Positions 1 to 11,470 of a stretch of 52,690 nucleotides of DNA are shown in pieces (position 1 is the stretch's first letter; the number at the start of each line of letters is the position of its first letter). The stretch comes from Girardia tigrina (taxonomy: Eukaryota). The position numbers and the translations under genes are program-made. The notes below the pieces were generated by a model that searched no databases, was not told the DNA's origin, and saw nothing but the letters and a program-made list of their open reading frames with translations. The stretch lies in contig MQRK01183776.1 in assembly GCA_001938485.1 (NCBI GenBank), positions 75,592 through 128,281 of the forward strand, written 5' to 3'.

Positions 1-639
1 CCAGGAAGAAAATGTCAAAATGTTTGAAAAAGTGATAATCAGTAGGCGAGAGGTAAGCTGAGTATGGTGGATTACTCAAAGTTTCGTAACCAAGTTTGTT
101 CAACAGTCGCATTGTCAGACGTGGCAACGGTAAACCCCCTGAAGGGAGGTGGGACAGAACTTTCATCTTTCCCCTATTAATTGGAGATTCCGAATTCTAA
201 TTTCATTTTTTTTAATGCAAATCTGAAACAATTATCTTTTACATCCCGTTCAGAGGACGCTTACCTGAGATGGATTAGACTTTCAAATAGACATCTAAAT
301 GCGCAAGCATACCTTGTAAAAACATATTTTCCTAAATACAAAATGGTCTTCATAATAGCTTCCAAAATCTAGAAAATAAAATAACGAATTAAATAATTTA
401 AAAGTATATTAACAATTACACTAACCGTCATCTGACTTGTCCTGGATTAGCAGGTTTGCAGACCTAAAAGAAAATTCACCTCGAGTTAGCAGACTGTAAT
501 CATAAAAATAATAGAACGTGAATAATCATGAATCACTTACTTACATGATGTATTCAAGTTGTGAGACTAATATAGAAAGCTAACGATATCAACACAACAC
601 TTTGTATTTAGAACAAGCATGAGAAATAGGCATCATTTC

Positions 640-900
640 TCAAAATAATTTCCTTGTGCCTAGACATATTTTTTCCAACGAATGAGGTTTTGAAGGTGTA
701 TTTGAAGAATTCTTGAGGATTTTCTCCAGTCGTTTCTACTTATCCTCTGACATCCATTTGTAATCCATTTGCTGCAGTCAATTTCTGATTTGTTTGTTCC
801 ATCCTTATGTTATTTATTTTTTTTAATATTCCTTCCGTCATAACATTCAACGCTGCTCCCGTGTCCAGTTTCTATGTTTTCCAATCTATACTCGGTGGGC
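640..900 (-). mobile_element. Ty3/gypsy aspartic protease remnant (start of pol)
   Basis: Minus-strand translation KLDTGAALNVMTEGILKKINNIRMEQTNQKLTAANGLQMDVRG* contains the retropepsin DTGA motif and the downstream A-A-N-G flap; in-frame stops are present. Confidence 0.75.
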
Positions 901-1057
901 CTTGTAATTGGAATATTTTCACAATTATTTTAAACACACCCAATGAAATTACATTCACAACGTGACCCAATTGGTCAATTCAAATTGAAATGAAACAAAA
1001 TTCATTTGAAATGTGAATTTAATTCACACTAAAAAAATTGTTAATTTGTTTAACTGA

Positions 1058-1070
1058 GTTGCCTAGCAAC
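1058..1070 (+). promoter_or_regulatory. RFX X-box motif (GTTGCCTAGCAAC), followed by a TATA-like element and an ATG at 1104
   Basis: Near-perfect palindromic X-box; TATATAA at about 1092; decayed coding-like sequence downstream. Confidence 0.45.
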
Positions 1071-1288
1071 TCAAGGCCAACGTTTTGAATTTATATAATT
1101 TGAATGTCTCTGAAAATTGATTCAACACAGAAAGATTTTAAAGATAAAGAGTTTGTTTGATAAAGACATAACAGACGAAGAACTTTGGTTGGAAAATTGA
1201 GATCATAAAAATTTAAATGAGACAGATCGACTCATAAAGCGGCAATCATCACAAAACCATATGAAAGTGATGATCATATACATTTATT

Positions 1289-1298
1289 TATATATATA

Positions 1299-1338
<40 letters not shown>
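1289..1338. repeat. (TA)n microsatellite
   Basis: Seen directly. Confidence 0.95.
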
Positions 1339-1342
<4 letters not shown>

Positions 1343-1539
1343 ATTATTTAATTCAATTAAATCTTATTTAATTTTTTATTTCTTTTTTATTTTAATTACT
1401 TATTTAATTATTTAATTTTATTTTTATTAGTTTAATTAATTTTTTTTATTTAAATTACAAATAAAAGGTTTAAGGCTATCGCAGCGCGACCACTATATAT
1501 AATTTATATGATCTGGTTCATGCCTATGAAAACTTACTC

Positions 1540-2621
1540 CAATGCCCAGATCGGGTCCTCGTCGTCTTGGCACGATTCGTTTTTTTCTGTATGTTCTCGT
1601 TCTTCTCGGTTATTCTTCCTTCTCCATCATGACGATCTGTCTTCCTCTTTCGAATCCATTTCTATAGTCGTCTGAGTTCCGGTTTCCTAAGCTTTTCGTT
1701 TGTGCATTTGAGAATTGTCGGCTATCTCTTTAGGTTCTCCTTTGATAATTCGTTCTTCCTTGATATCGTATATTCAAATTCGTGTAACATTCATCAGCTC
1801 TATGTCCTGGATTGTTACATCTTCAACATCTTACCTTCCTGCATTCGCGTCGCACGTGACCTTTGCCTCTACATACATGGCATGTGATCTTCCTCTGACG
1901 TTTACAATCGTGACTTTTATGTCCTCCTTCCTTACAGTTCCAACATGTGATGTGTTTCTGCATAGAAGATTGTCTTCCAAAAGAATCTCCTTTCTTCGTC
2001 ATGTTTCTTGTTGTCATTTCCATTGTTGGGCCTGCTTTGACCACATCTCTATATGTTGGTCGTATTGCGTGCACCGGCTTTTCCATTCTCCGGATTTCGC
2101 CTCCTTTCTTAATGACGTCCTTCACTTCTGTTAATTCTTTCACTTCTCTAAATCTGATTTCTTTCTTCACGTCACTATCTTTTTATGTGTGGATTAGAAG
2201 GCCTTTCTCTAGCTCCTTCTCTGTCCACTCATGTCTTATCAATTTTGCCGCCAACTTTTTGCTTTTACGAAGAATTCATCCACTGATTCTCGAGATCTCT
2301 CGAAGTTTACCGCCACTATCAAATTTTTCATTAACGTATTTTTCGTCTGAAAAGCTTGTCGACACGGGCTTCCTATCCCTTCACTTCGGGACCCATGCTT
2401 TCGTATTTTGGTATGAGTTCATGTGACAGTAAACCAATTACCAATATTTCTTGCATACTTTCCGATACTTTTGCCACTTTGAAGTATCTTGCACAAGCCG
2501 AAATGAATGTTTCCACATTATCTTGTAGCCTAAACTTGTCTGGTATGAGTCTCGAAACTATTTGTTCGGAGTTGCTGGCGATGGTCGACATGTTGGGTTC
2601 TTGATTAATAGAAGAAGTCAT
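1540..2621 (-). mobile_element. gag: Ty3/gypsy gag remnant
   Basis: ORFs 2373-2621 (IPDKFRLQDNVETFISACARYF) and 1823-2170 with two CCHC knuckles (CWNCKEGGHKSHDC, CHVCRGKGHVRREC); broken by stops and frameshifts. Confidence 0.85.
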
Positions 2622-2728
2622 TAACGCAAAACTTTATCTCTTACAAACAATTTTTTAAACAAATTTTTGAGGAACAATGTTTCATTTTTAGCACAATCAG
2701 ATATCCTATTTAAAATATAAATATTGAT

Positions 2729-3965
2729 TAGGGTGGTCGCAAGAAATCGATGTTGGAATTTCTCTGACGGGAACCCCTTAAAAGTTGTCAATTGGTATAA
2801 AAATGAGAATGTGAAATTTTCAGCTCGATCGGATAAGGTTAAGACCTGCCTCATCAGCCCTAAAGTATTAAAATCAACTGTTTTTTTTAATTGAGGATTT
2901 TCCGCTATAAAATTACATCGGCCTATCATTGGAACTTCTTATTATAGTGTAGTGTAGTGTACATGTACGTATAGGTGTCCATATTTGAAAGAAGAAAAAA
3001 TAAATTTTCTATTGATCGTTATTCCATTGAATTGTGAGCCTTTTAACAATGAGTCAACCCGACAAAAAATGTCACCCACACAAACTACATTTAACTGACT
3101 TTTAATTACAAGCAGGTGTTCGAGTGCGCCTTCAATGTAGGCCCTACACATAGAGTATGTCAAAAATGGTCTTTGTGAGTGAGTGTCTTAGCATGAGACT
3201 GTCTTTAATGTTAGACGACAGGAGCAAGTGTGGGAGCGCTTTTTACTAGGATTTCTCGGAAATGAGTGTACTGAATAACCGTTCCTACACGTATATAAGG
3301 CTTGTTTGTTCAAGGGTATGTCATTTTCTGTTCATTCCATTGCATTATTAGATGAGTGTTTCCATCAGCATTTATATGTAGTTAACATATGGTAGTTATA
3401 TGACTAAACATATTTTTATTGTTCGTTCAATTCTTTACAGTGCACCACATCAAAGTAATGTTTCAATATAAGTTTTTAATATTAAATTTTGGTTTTTTAG
3501 AGATGTAATAATGAAATCACAACCTTCAACATCGTTGTTTACAGCTACAATGTGTGTCAGTTCCAGGCAAAAAGACAAGATTTTTCTGATTGGATGTATG
3601 TCCCATCAAATTACTGGCAGTAAGTTGCAATCCAATGGACAAGTTTTACGCAGTTTTTTTACAATAAACGCCAAGTTAAACTAGAAACCAGAGATGCTGC
3701 AAGGCTCACAATCCAGGAAGTTCTTCTTTTTTTGACAGAAAGCTACACTGAAATTAAAAATAAATGTGGATGATCTCGACCAGATGTTTAGTTTTCTTTC
3801 AGATCAAATACAAAAAACTACGGCATCAGCCCAGAGAAGATTATAACGAATTTTTACAGTTGTGTTTGATTTTTTTTAGGCCGTGTTGCCCCAGGAAACA
3901 TTTCGTTTAGTGCGCCAGGTGCCATGAATAACGGTAGGTAGATGGCAAAAGTCATTTTCTACAAA
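2729..3965 (+). mobile_element. hAT-superfamily (hATm-like) transposon remnant with internal deletion
   Basis: Terminus TAGGGTGGTCGC at 2729; decayed peptides IFLIGCMSHQITGSKLQSNGQVLR..ETRDAARLTIQEVLLF (~3580-3740) and FSAPGAMNNGR*MAKVIF (~3900-3960) resemble the PGAxHHARWMAK motif of this family. Confidence 0.55.
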
Positions 3966-4315
3966 TCAGTCTCATGAAACGGAAAGTAATTCTCATATTT
4001 GCTATTATTGTAGAAAAGTGGGACACATTCGACGCGACTGCCCGGAAATAAACAAGGATGTCGGGGTGCCGGACATATCCGGAACGATTGTCCATATACA
4101 AAATGTTGAGTTTGTAATAATCATGGAAATTTAGGATACCAGTGCTTTCAGAGGTCGACAACATACAGCCCACGCTGGAATCAAGGACAAAGTCGATACA
4201 AACCCCAGGACCGATACATACGAGAAGTCGCTGGTTTAGATGACAACGAGGAATCCTGATCGGTGACAGACGGGCCACAAAATTCGGAGGCCCCATCAAC
4301 ACAAGAGATGGTGAG
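3965..4315 (+). mobile_element. gag: Ty3/gypsy gag C-terminal remnant with multiple zinc knuckles
   Basis: Plus-strand ICYYCRKVGHIRRDC, then after a frameshift GCRGAGHIRNDC and C*VCNNHGNLGYQC, followed by an acidic gag tail (REVAGLDDNEES..EAPSTQEMV). Confidence 0.75.
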
Positions 4316-4829
4316 ATATGTTCGGCCATATGTTCGGGATTCGAACATTTTAATTATTATTTTGTTTTTTTAAATTAATTATTATCATTATTATATATTC
4401 GTTTCAAATTGCAGAAAATCAAATCAAATTGAAATGGAAAATGAATTCATTATTTTTTGTCATTTGAAATTATTCGATGGAAATTGAGCAATTTTAATTG
4501 TAATTTTGAATATTTAGTAATTGAAAATTGATAGTGTGAAATGACCTTGAGTTTTGTTTTGCTGAATTAAATTGATGAACTTGTAAAAATGATTGTTATT
4601 TTGATTGATGAAAATAAATTCGATATCGTTTTGAATTGATAATAGAGTGAATTTCTTTTCTGGATGGTGAATTATGCTAATCGCGATGTTAAAAGAGACC
4701 GCAAATATTAAAATTACAAAAACATTGAATGATACGATTTTTGATGCGTCGATTCTTCTCGTCGATATTATCAAACTCGAATCGATTTTAGATCGAAATT
4801 TGAATAGAAATAATCATAATTAAACGGCA

Positions 4830-4927
4830 CAGTGTTTCTGTGTGATCGGTGAATAGAGAATTGTTCCAATAAGATTGGTTTTTACAAAGCGAAATGTGAA
4901 TCAATCAATTCGAAAATCAATAATGAA
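4830..4927. promoter_or_regulatory. Putative bidirectional promoter with opposed CCAAT boxes
   Basis: TTCCAATAAGATTGGT (~4864-4879) lies between the plus-strand ATG at 4928 and a minus-strand coding-like stretch at 4514-4817. Confidence 0.3.
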
Positions 4928-5520
4928 ATGGATAAAGTATTCTGTGAAAGATTCGAAAGATTTAATGACAATTCAAATTCGATGAGCGTTAATTTTCAAA
5001 CGCTTCATCCATTCAAACCGTCATCGACTAATTGCACGAAAAACATCCGATATAATGCAATCAATTGTCTGGCCGGATTACTGGCGCCGGTCACCGGCAA
5101 CAATGTGGATTTCTGCAGTGTCTCCTCGTGCGAAAGAGCGAGTATTGAATCGGTCGACTTGAGGGACGGGCTCGTGAGTGTCGATCCGATTTTCTCTATC
5201 AAATTCCGGTTGAGTGTCATGTGGATCGAGTTCAGTTGCGGTGGATCGATTCTGTTGGTCGCCTTGGTGACCGATGATGGTCGATTGGCGATTTTCGGGT
5301 TGTTCCGTGTCGAGAGATCACTGCTGGAGAGTGGAGAATCGATTTTTTGTAAATATAAACTGAATATCGAGAGCCAGTTGGTCGATTTGCGGTGGTATCC
5401 AAATGGGAAAGAGTCGTTTGGGTGGTTTTGAACGATACGGTCTCATTGTGTTGTGTGAAAGAAAACAAAATCGATATTATAAATTAGTGTTTTGTGTATC
5501 CTGGAGTCCGAAGGGATTTG
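4928..5520 (+). pseudogene. 5' fragment of a Nup214-like nucleoporin (N-terminal beta-propeller), frameshifted and truncated
   Basis: ORF 4928-5431 matches recalled Nup214 spacing: F-x14-A-x5-GL, EFSC (LALSC), FCKYKL (FAYHKL), LVDLRWYP (VIDMKWNP). It continues in shifted frames as VVLNDTVSL and CVSWSPKG (Nup214 VCWSPKG). Confidence 0.6.
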
Positions 5521-5899
5521 TCATTAATCAGTAGGACAATTTGATGAATGAAAAGCGCTCGAGTTTGATGAAAGACATTATTGACTCTCTCAGAGCATCT
5601 CTATGGGCCCAGATGCTCCTTTCCTCCGGAAAATTCGGAAACAGCATAAACTAAGTATTACGAATATTTTCGATCCATTTATATGTAATAGTAGTATCTG
5701 TAATTGTATTTATTATAATTTTAATAATATTTATGATATTTATAATAAAAATAATAAGTAAAATAATAACATTGTTATAAGTGGTAAAAGTATTGCAACA
5801 ATAGAGAACAATGGATATGTTAACCGAGCGCAGGATGATGAACGTCATGTAGTAGAGTTAATTATACACTCCAAGGGGTATTTCGATTATCAAGTTTTT

Positions 5900-7690
5900 A
5901 ATTGAAGACCCAGTATATCGACTAAAATTGGCGGGTATGAAGTATACAGTTTATTAGACACAAGTTTATTAATTTATTAGTTTATTAACGTATTAGATAT
6001 GAAGATTGCCGAAAAATCTCAAATTCCTGTAGATAATAAGCTGTTAACCTCAGTAGTATGTGCGATTTGAAGTGGCATGGATATATTAAAGACGTGTAAA
6101 ATAAAAAAGGTTTGGGGACGTATGCAAATATATACTGTATTTTATGTAGCAAAGAAGTTGTTTTCATCTGTTATTTTCGGTATGAATTTAATTAGTGCTT
6201 TAGGAATTGAGCTGAAATGTAAGGGCACAACGTTGGGGGAGCTATAAGACATAGTGAATAGATCTAATTTGGAAATTTGTGCTTCAGATCCTTATGTAGG
6301 AAAATTCAAATATTCGAAGACAGATTTATATAAATGTGTGGAAAAATATAAAGATATATTCATGGTCGGTAAATGAGATATCGGGAAAACGATGTTGGTC
6401 GAACATCAGATTAAAACTACAGGGGAACCAAGATCAGAAACCCAGGCGCCAACCGGCTCATTTGGACAGACATATTGAAGAAACCTTACAAAATTTGAAA
6501 CAACATGGAATAATAAAGAGATGCTCTTCCCCGTGGAACGCACCAATGATTTGTGTTTGGAAGAAGGAAAAGAAAGAAATTCGCTTATGTCTAGATTTTT
6601 TCAGACTGTTAAATCAAGTTACTGAGAGTTCAGCATTCCCAATGCCAAATATCAAACAGATGTTGGATGCTTTGAAAGGTACAAAGTGGTTCAGTTCGGT
6701 TGATTTAGGAAGCGCTTACTATCAGGTATGGTTGGAGGAAAATGCGAAACTGAAAACTGCATTTTCATGCAAGACGGGTAAGTTTTGTTTTAGGCGAATG
6801 CCATTTGACAGAGCCGTCGCTACAGCAACATTTCAGAAGTTGATGACTGACGTTTTTGGAGATATGTTGTGGACATTAGTGTACTTGGACGACATCCTTA
6901 TTTTTCTGTAACAGAAACCCAACATCTGGAGAGACTGGATAAAGTTTTCTCAAGAATTCAAGCAGCAGGGCTTCGAATAAACCCTAAAAAATATAAATTA
7001 TTTCAAAGATAACTGAAGTTTTTTTGGGACATATTGTGAACAAAGACGGTGTTAAAAGAGACCCAGAAAAGATCAGAGCGATTCAAGATTTTGAGCGACC
7101 TAAATGCGTGAAGAAATTATGGAGTTTCTTGTGACAATGCATCTACTACAGAAAGTTCATTTAACAGTATTCGAAATTATCCAAACCGTTGGAGGAGATG
7201 TGCGGTAGCAAGAAAATACGCTGTATTGGTCCGAACCACATACGGAGGCGTTTAAAAATTGATGAAATCACTAATTCGACCCGGGTGTTATGTTATCCTG
7301 ATCTCAAAAGACAATTTATTTTATACACGAATGCATCATTTGATACTATTGGAGCTATCTTATCACAAATAAATGATATAGCTGAAGAGGAGATGGTTGC
7401 ATATGGGTCAAAGTCGATGTCAAAACACGAAATGGGTACTATTTCACTCGGAAAGAATTATGGGCGATTTTCAATTTTACACAACATTTCCAACATTACC
7501 TATATGGTGAAAGTTTTAAGCTGAGGACCGATCACATAGCGATAGAATACACGATGACCACGAAGAAACCCATAATACCACAATTCCATAACTGGATTAA
7601 CTATTTGAGTAGCCTGGATATGGTGTTAGAATACAGGAAAGACATATTGCATCAAAACGCGGATGTACTCTCAAGAAAAAATTGTCAAAC
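5900..7690 (+). mobile_element. pol: Ty3/gypsy pol remnant (protease-RT-RNaseH), decayed
   Basis: RPSISTKIGGYEVYSLLDT (~5905); RT motifs SSPWNAP, IRLCLDF, VDLGSAYYQV, KTAF, RMPF, VYLDDI; RNaseH motifs LYTNAS..IGAILSQ, RTDH, NADVLSR; many frameshifts. Confidence 0.92.
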
Positions 7691-7924
7691 GAGGGAATCT
7701 GGTTTAACATTATTCATTTATTTTTATGTTTTTTAACAATAGTAAAAAAAGCGAATTTGTAAAAATCATAAAATCCATTATTTTTACAGTTACCATAGCA
7801 ACGCTAACCAAGGGACGTTTTTCATTAACAATGGATACAGTGATTCAAGGCGGTTGTAACCATGGTAATGTTTACCATATCCATAGCAACCGCGACCATT
7901 TCCTTAGCAACCGAAGAAAAAAGT

Positions 7925-8400
7925 TCTAATCGATTGCTGCACAGTGTCCAGATGTTCTAATCGATAGTGCACATTGTGCCGCACATTTCTAATGTGCTGT
8001 ACATGTGCTAATCTGTACTGCACATGTGCTAATCAATAATGCACATGTGCAAATCAATACTTCACATGTGTAAGTGTGTAAAATCAATAAGGTAATAAGA
8101 TATCGAAAATCTGTCTGAACACGTGAAACTGTAGGGAGAAACCCATAGATTAATAGTCGGAATATGATCTTAGATTTTTGAAGAAACGTACACTAATCGA
8201 TTAGTGGGATGTTGTGTTTTATAGTGTAAAGTAAGGGAGAACTCTCATAGGCAAAAGGTGAAGAAAGCAAAATATGAAAAATCTGTTTGAATACATGGAT
8301 AGTAAACTCATATAAGAATAGTCAGATTCTATATCAACATTTTTGAAAAAAAATCGATACCTTTTCCGAATATATGCACATTATGTATGCAAATATTATA
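7925..8400 (+). repeat. Left arm of long inverted repeat with GCACATGTGCTAATCAATAAT-type tandem units
   Basis: 8094-8400 is the reverse complement of ~10985-11298 with scattered mismatches; the ~21-bp tandem units are mirrored at 11340-11470. Confidence 0.85.
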
Positions 8401-8599
8401 TTATAGATATGTATTATATTATGATATTATACTATGTTATCAACCAATATCGTATCAACCATTCAAAACGTGGCCGTATCCAAGGTGATATCGTCATGCT
8501 TCCATCATGTCAATGTATTGCATTCATCGTGTCAGTGCACAGTTGAACATGTAAAAATACAGAAAATACTGAATAATATGTAAAATACTAAAAGAACTA

Positions 8600-8830
8600 C
8601 TTTATCAACCATTACCATCATACTATCAACTATTAACTATCCGATAAACCTTATCAAACGTACCATTAACCATCATATTTACCATATGAAACATCAAAAT
8701 TACATTAACAACTATATCATCAACCATCACATTTACCTCAACAACCATCAAAATTGACATATCAACCATCAAAATACCTTACAAGCCATATCATAAACCA
8801 TCAAATATACTTTATCAATCATTAAAAGTA
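8600..8830. repeat. Degenerate AACCATCA-rich minisatellite
   Basis: Many AACCAT(C/T)A units seen directly. Confidence 0.6.
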
Positions 8831-9129
8831 GTAAATGATTATGGTCAACATATTAATACTATGGATATATATATATATGAATATGAGCGATATAGTCTGT
8901 TACATGATAGAAAAATGTACAATTGTGTAATCATTCAATCTTTTCCTTGAATGTGATGTTTTCTGTTATGTAAATCAATATATTGCTAGAGATAATTATA
9001 CTATAAGGCACGTATCTTCATCATTGAAAATATGGTAACCGGATGAAACAGCAAAGGAAAAAACAACACAAAGAAATAACAGCACAATTAATATAACTAG
9101 CATTTATTGATGAATTTTGTATTGCATTT

Positions 9130-9650
9130 TGACATGTTACTCACTGCAAATTAGCCATCCTTCGCAAATACTTCAACTTGTCTTCTTCAGCTTGGTATCC
9201 TTGAGTTGCAGCAGCAACATGTTGATGGAGTAGCTGGTACTTCTTCTTCAAGATCTCTGGTTGACCATCCTGTGCTTTTATCAATATCAGCTTCCTGTTA
9301 GCCATGTCAATCTCAAGACCAGAAAAGAGAGACCAGACACTTGGATGACTGCCGTGGAAGATGGCATTAAGCGAATTATGAACGCCTTCACAGCAGTTTG
9401 TTGTCTTTGGTGATTGTTCATCAGCAGCTTCATAGTGATTCCAGATACTGTTGGGAAATTGTGGCTCTCAACCTGCTGCACCTTCAACGTAAGTAGAAAA
9501 GAAGTAGGTAATGATATCATTGTAGCTTTCCTCATCTAGAAATTTGGTTGCAAGTGTATCGAACACAGCTCTCACTTCTTGCATTGGTACAAATGCTAAG
9601 ACAGGCAATGATTTTAGCATCCACTTGACTTCAATATCAGATTCAAACTC
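9130..9650 (-). mobile_element. MULE (Mutator-like) transposase C-terminal fragment
   Basis: LPVLAFVPMQEV..YFFSTYVEG..WNHY..KTTNCCEGVHNSLN..HPSVW; clearly the same family as 22205-23560. Confidence 0.8.
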
Positions 9651-9789
9651 GATTCGTGAACAAAAAACATACCTACACACTTTGATCTTGACACTGAGCG
9701 TTTTAAATTTTTTAAAAAAAATATCATTTTGATATTCAATCTAATCATTGACGAAAGTCAATTTATTGCGAAGTTAATTCCAATTGAAA

Positions 9790-10985
9790 ATGGTTTTGTC
9801 AACGGAGAAGAGAATATTTTTGATTGGGCATGTCTTTCGTTCGAATGATGAATACACATAAGCAGTGAAGGAAAAATTTGCCGAAAAGTTTTCCGAAACA
9901 GCAATACCTCATCGAAATGCAGTTCGAGTGTTAGTGAACAAGTTCAGAGAAACTGGATCCGTTCATGATGCCTCCCGCTCAGGTCGACCAACGATTTTAA
10001 CGGAGCAAAAAGTCCATGTTATTTCGAAAGCCATGAGCCAGAGTCTAACAAAGCCAATGCGCCGTTTATCTCAAGAAGTGAGTGTATCCGTTGGAACTGC
10101 ACATGCCGCCGTGAGGAAAACTTTAAGCTTATATCCATATCATGTTACTTGTCAACATGAATTGAAAGACATAGACTTTGAAAAGCGACTCCAGTTTTGT
10201 CATTGGTTCAAGGAAAATCTGAATGAGGATGACATCCTCGACAAGACTTTTTTTCCGGTGAAGCGTGGTTTCATTTGTCTGGATATGTGAGTAGCCAAAA
10301 TTCTCGAGTTTGGTCCAGTGAAAATCCGCATGAATTTGTTGAGAAGCCTCTCGATTCCTTGAAAGTTGGAGTATGGTGTGTCATGTCCAGGAGGTGTGTA
10401 ATTGGTCACATCTTTTTTACTGAAACCATAACATCAGAAAGGTACTGCAAGGAAATCCTTTCTGCTTTCATCGACCAGTTAACTAAAGAAGAACGATCGA
10501 CTGGCTATTTTCAGCAGGATGGTGCAACAGCACATACCGCAAACATTTCGCTTCGTTTTTTGAATGAGATCTTCCCGAAGAGAATAATTTCCAAAGGAAT
10601 TTGGCCGCCAAGATCCCCAGATCTAAGTGTTTTGGACTTTTACCCGTGGGGAGCGATAAAGCAAAAGGTTTACCGAAACAAACAACAAACTTTGCAAGAC
10701 CTATGTGATAACATCCTACACCAAATTAAAGCCATCACCCAAGAGGAAATTCATCGAGTGTTCGAAAACTTGACACGTCGAATTAACGTTTGTATTCACG
10801 AACTTGGTGGGCATTTCCAGCAGTTGTTGTGACTCTTTTCTTGTTATTTTTAATAAATTAAGAGACGGTCATTGTTCTTCACATAAAATTGACTATTCAA
10901 AATATTTTGTTATTGATTTTTAGAACACAGGATATCGTTCTTGTTTTGAAATTGCAGGTGCACAGTTACTTTTTGAACGCACTGT
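9790..10985 (+). mobile_element. Tc1/mariner rosa-like (DD38D) element; transposase pseudogene 9790-10832, right TIR ending 10985
   Basis: N-terminal HTH, GRP, EAWFHL (frameshifted), FQQDGATAH, WPPRSPDLSVLDF; TIR CACAGTTACTTTTTGAACGCACTG followed by TA; left TIR not seen. Confidence 0.88.
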
Positions 10986-11470
10986 ATAATATTTGCACAT
11001 ATAATGTGCATATATTTGGAAAAGCACTAGGTATCGATTTTTTTCAAAAATGTTGATATTGAATCTGACTATTCATATATGAGTTTACTATCCATGTGTT
11101 CAAACAGATTTTTCATATTTTGCTTTCTTCACCTTTTGTCTATGAAAGTTCTCCCTCGCTTTAAACTATAAAACACAACATCCCACTAATCGATTAGTGT
11201 ACGTTTCTTCAAAAATCTAAGATCATATTCTGACTATTAATCTAAGGGTTTCTCCCAATGGTTTAATGCTTTCAGACAGATTTCCGATATTTTATTATCT
11301 GCGACCTCTGCGTAGCTCTATTATATAGAAAACATAAATATAGTACACTTTGTACAATTGTGAACTTATAGATTTTACACACTTTGCACAATTGTGAACT
11401 TATTGATTTTACACACTTGCACATGTGCATTATTGATTAGCACATGTGCATTATTGATTAGCATATGTGC
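10985..11470 (-). repeat. Right arm of long inverted repeat
   Basis: Reverse complement of 7925-8400. Confidence 0.85.

Noticed and set aside
1702-2604. Plus-strand ORFs
   Set aside because: Antisense shadows of gag.
4928-5431. Med16-like WD40 assignment
   Set aside because: Nup214 motifs fit the spacing better and the downstream WSPKG supports Nup214.
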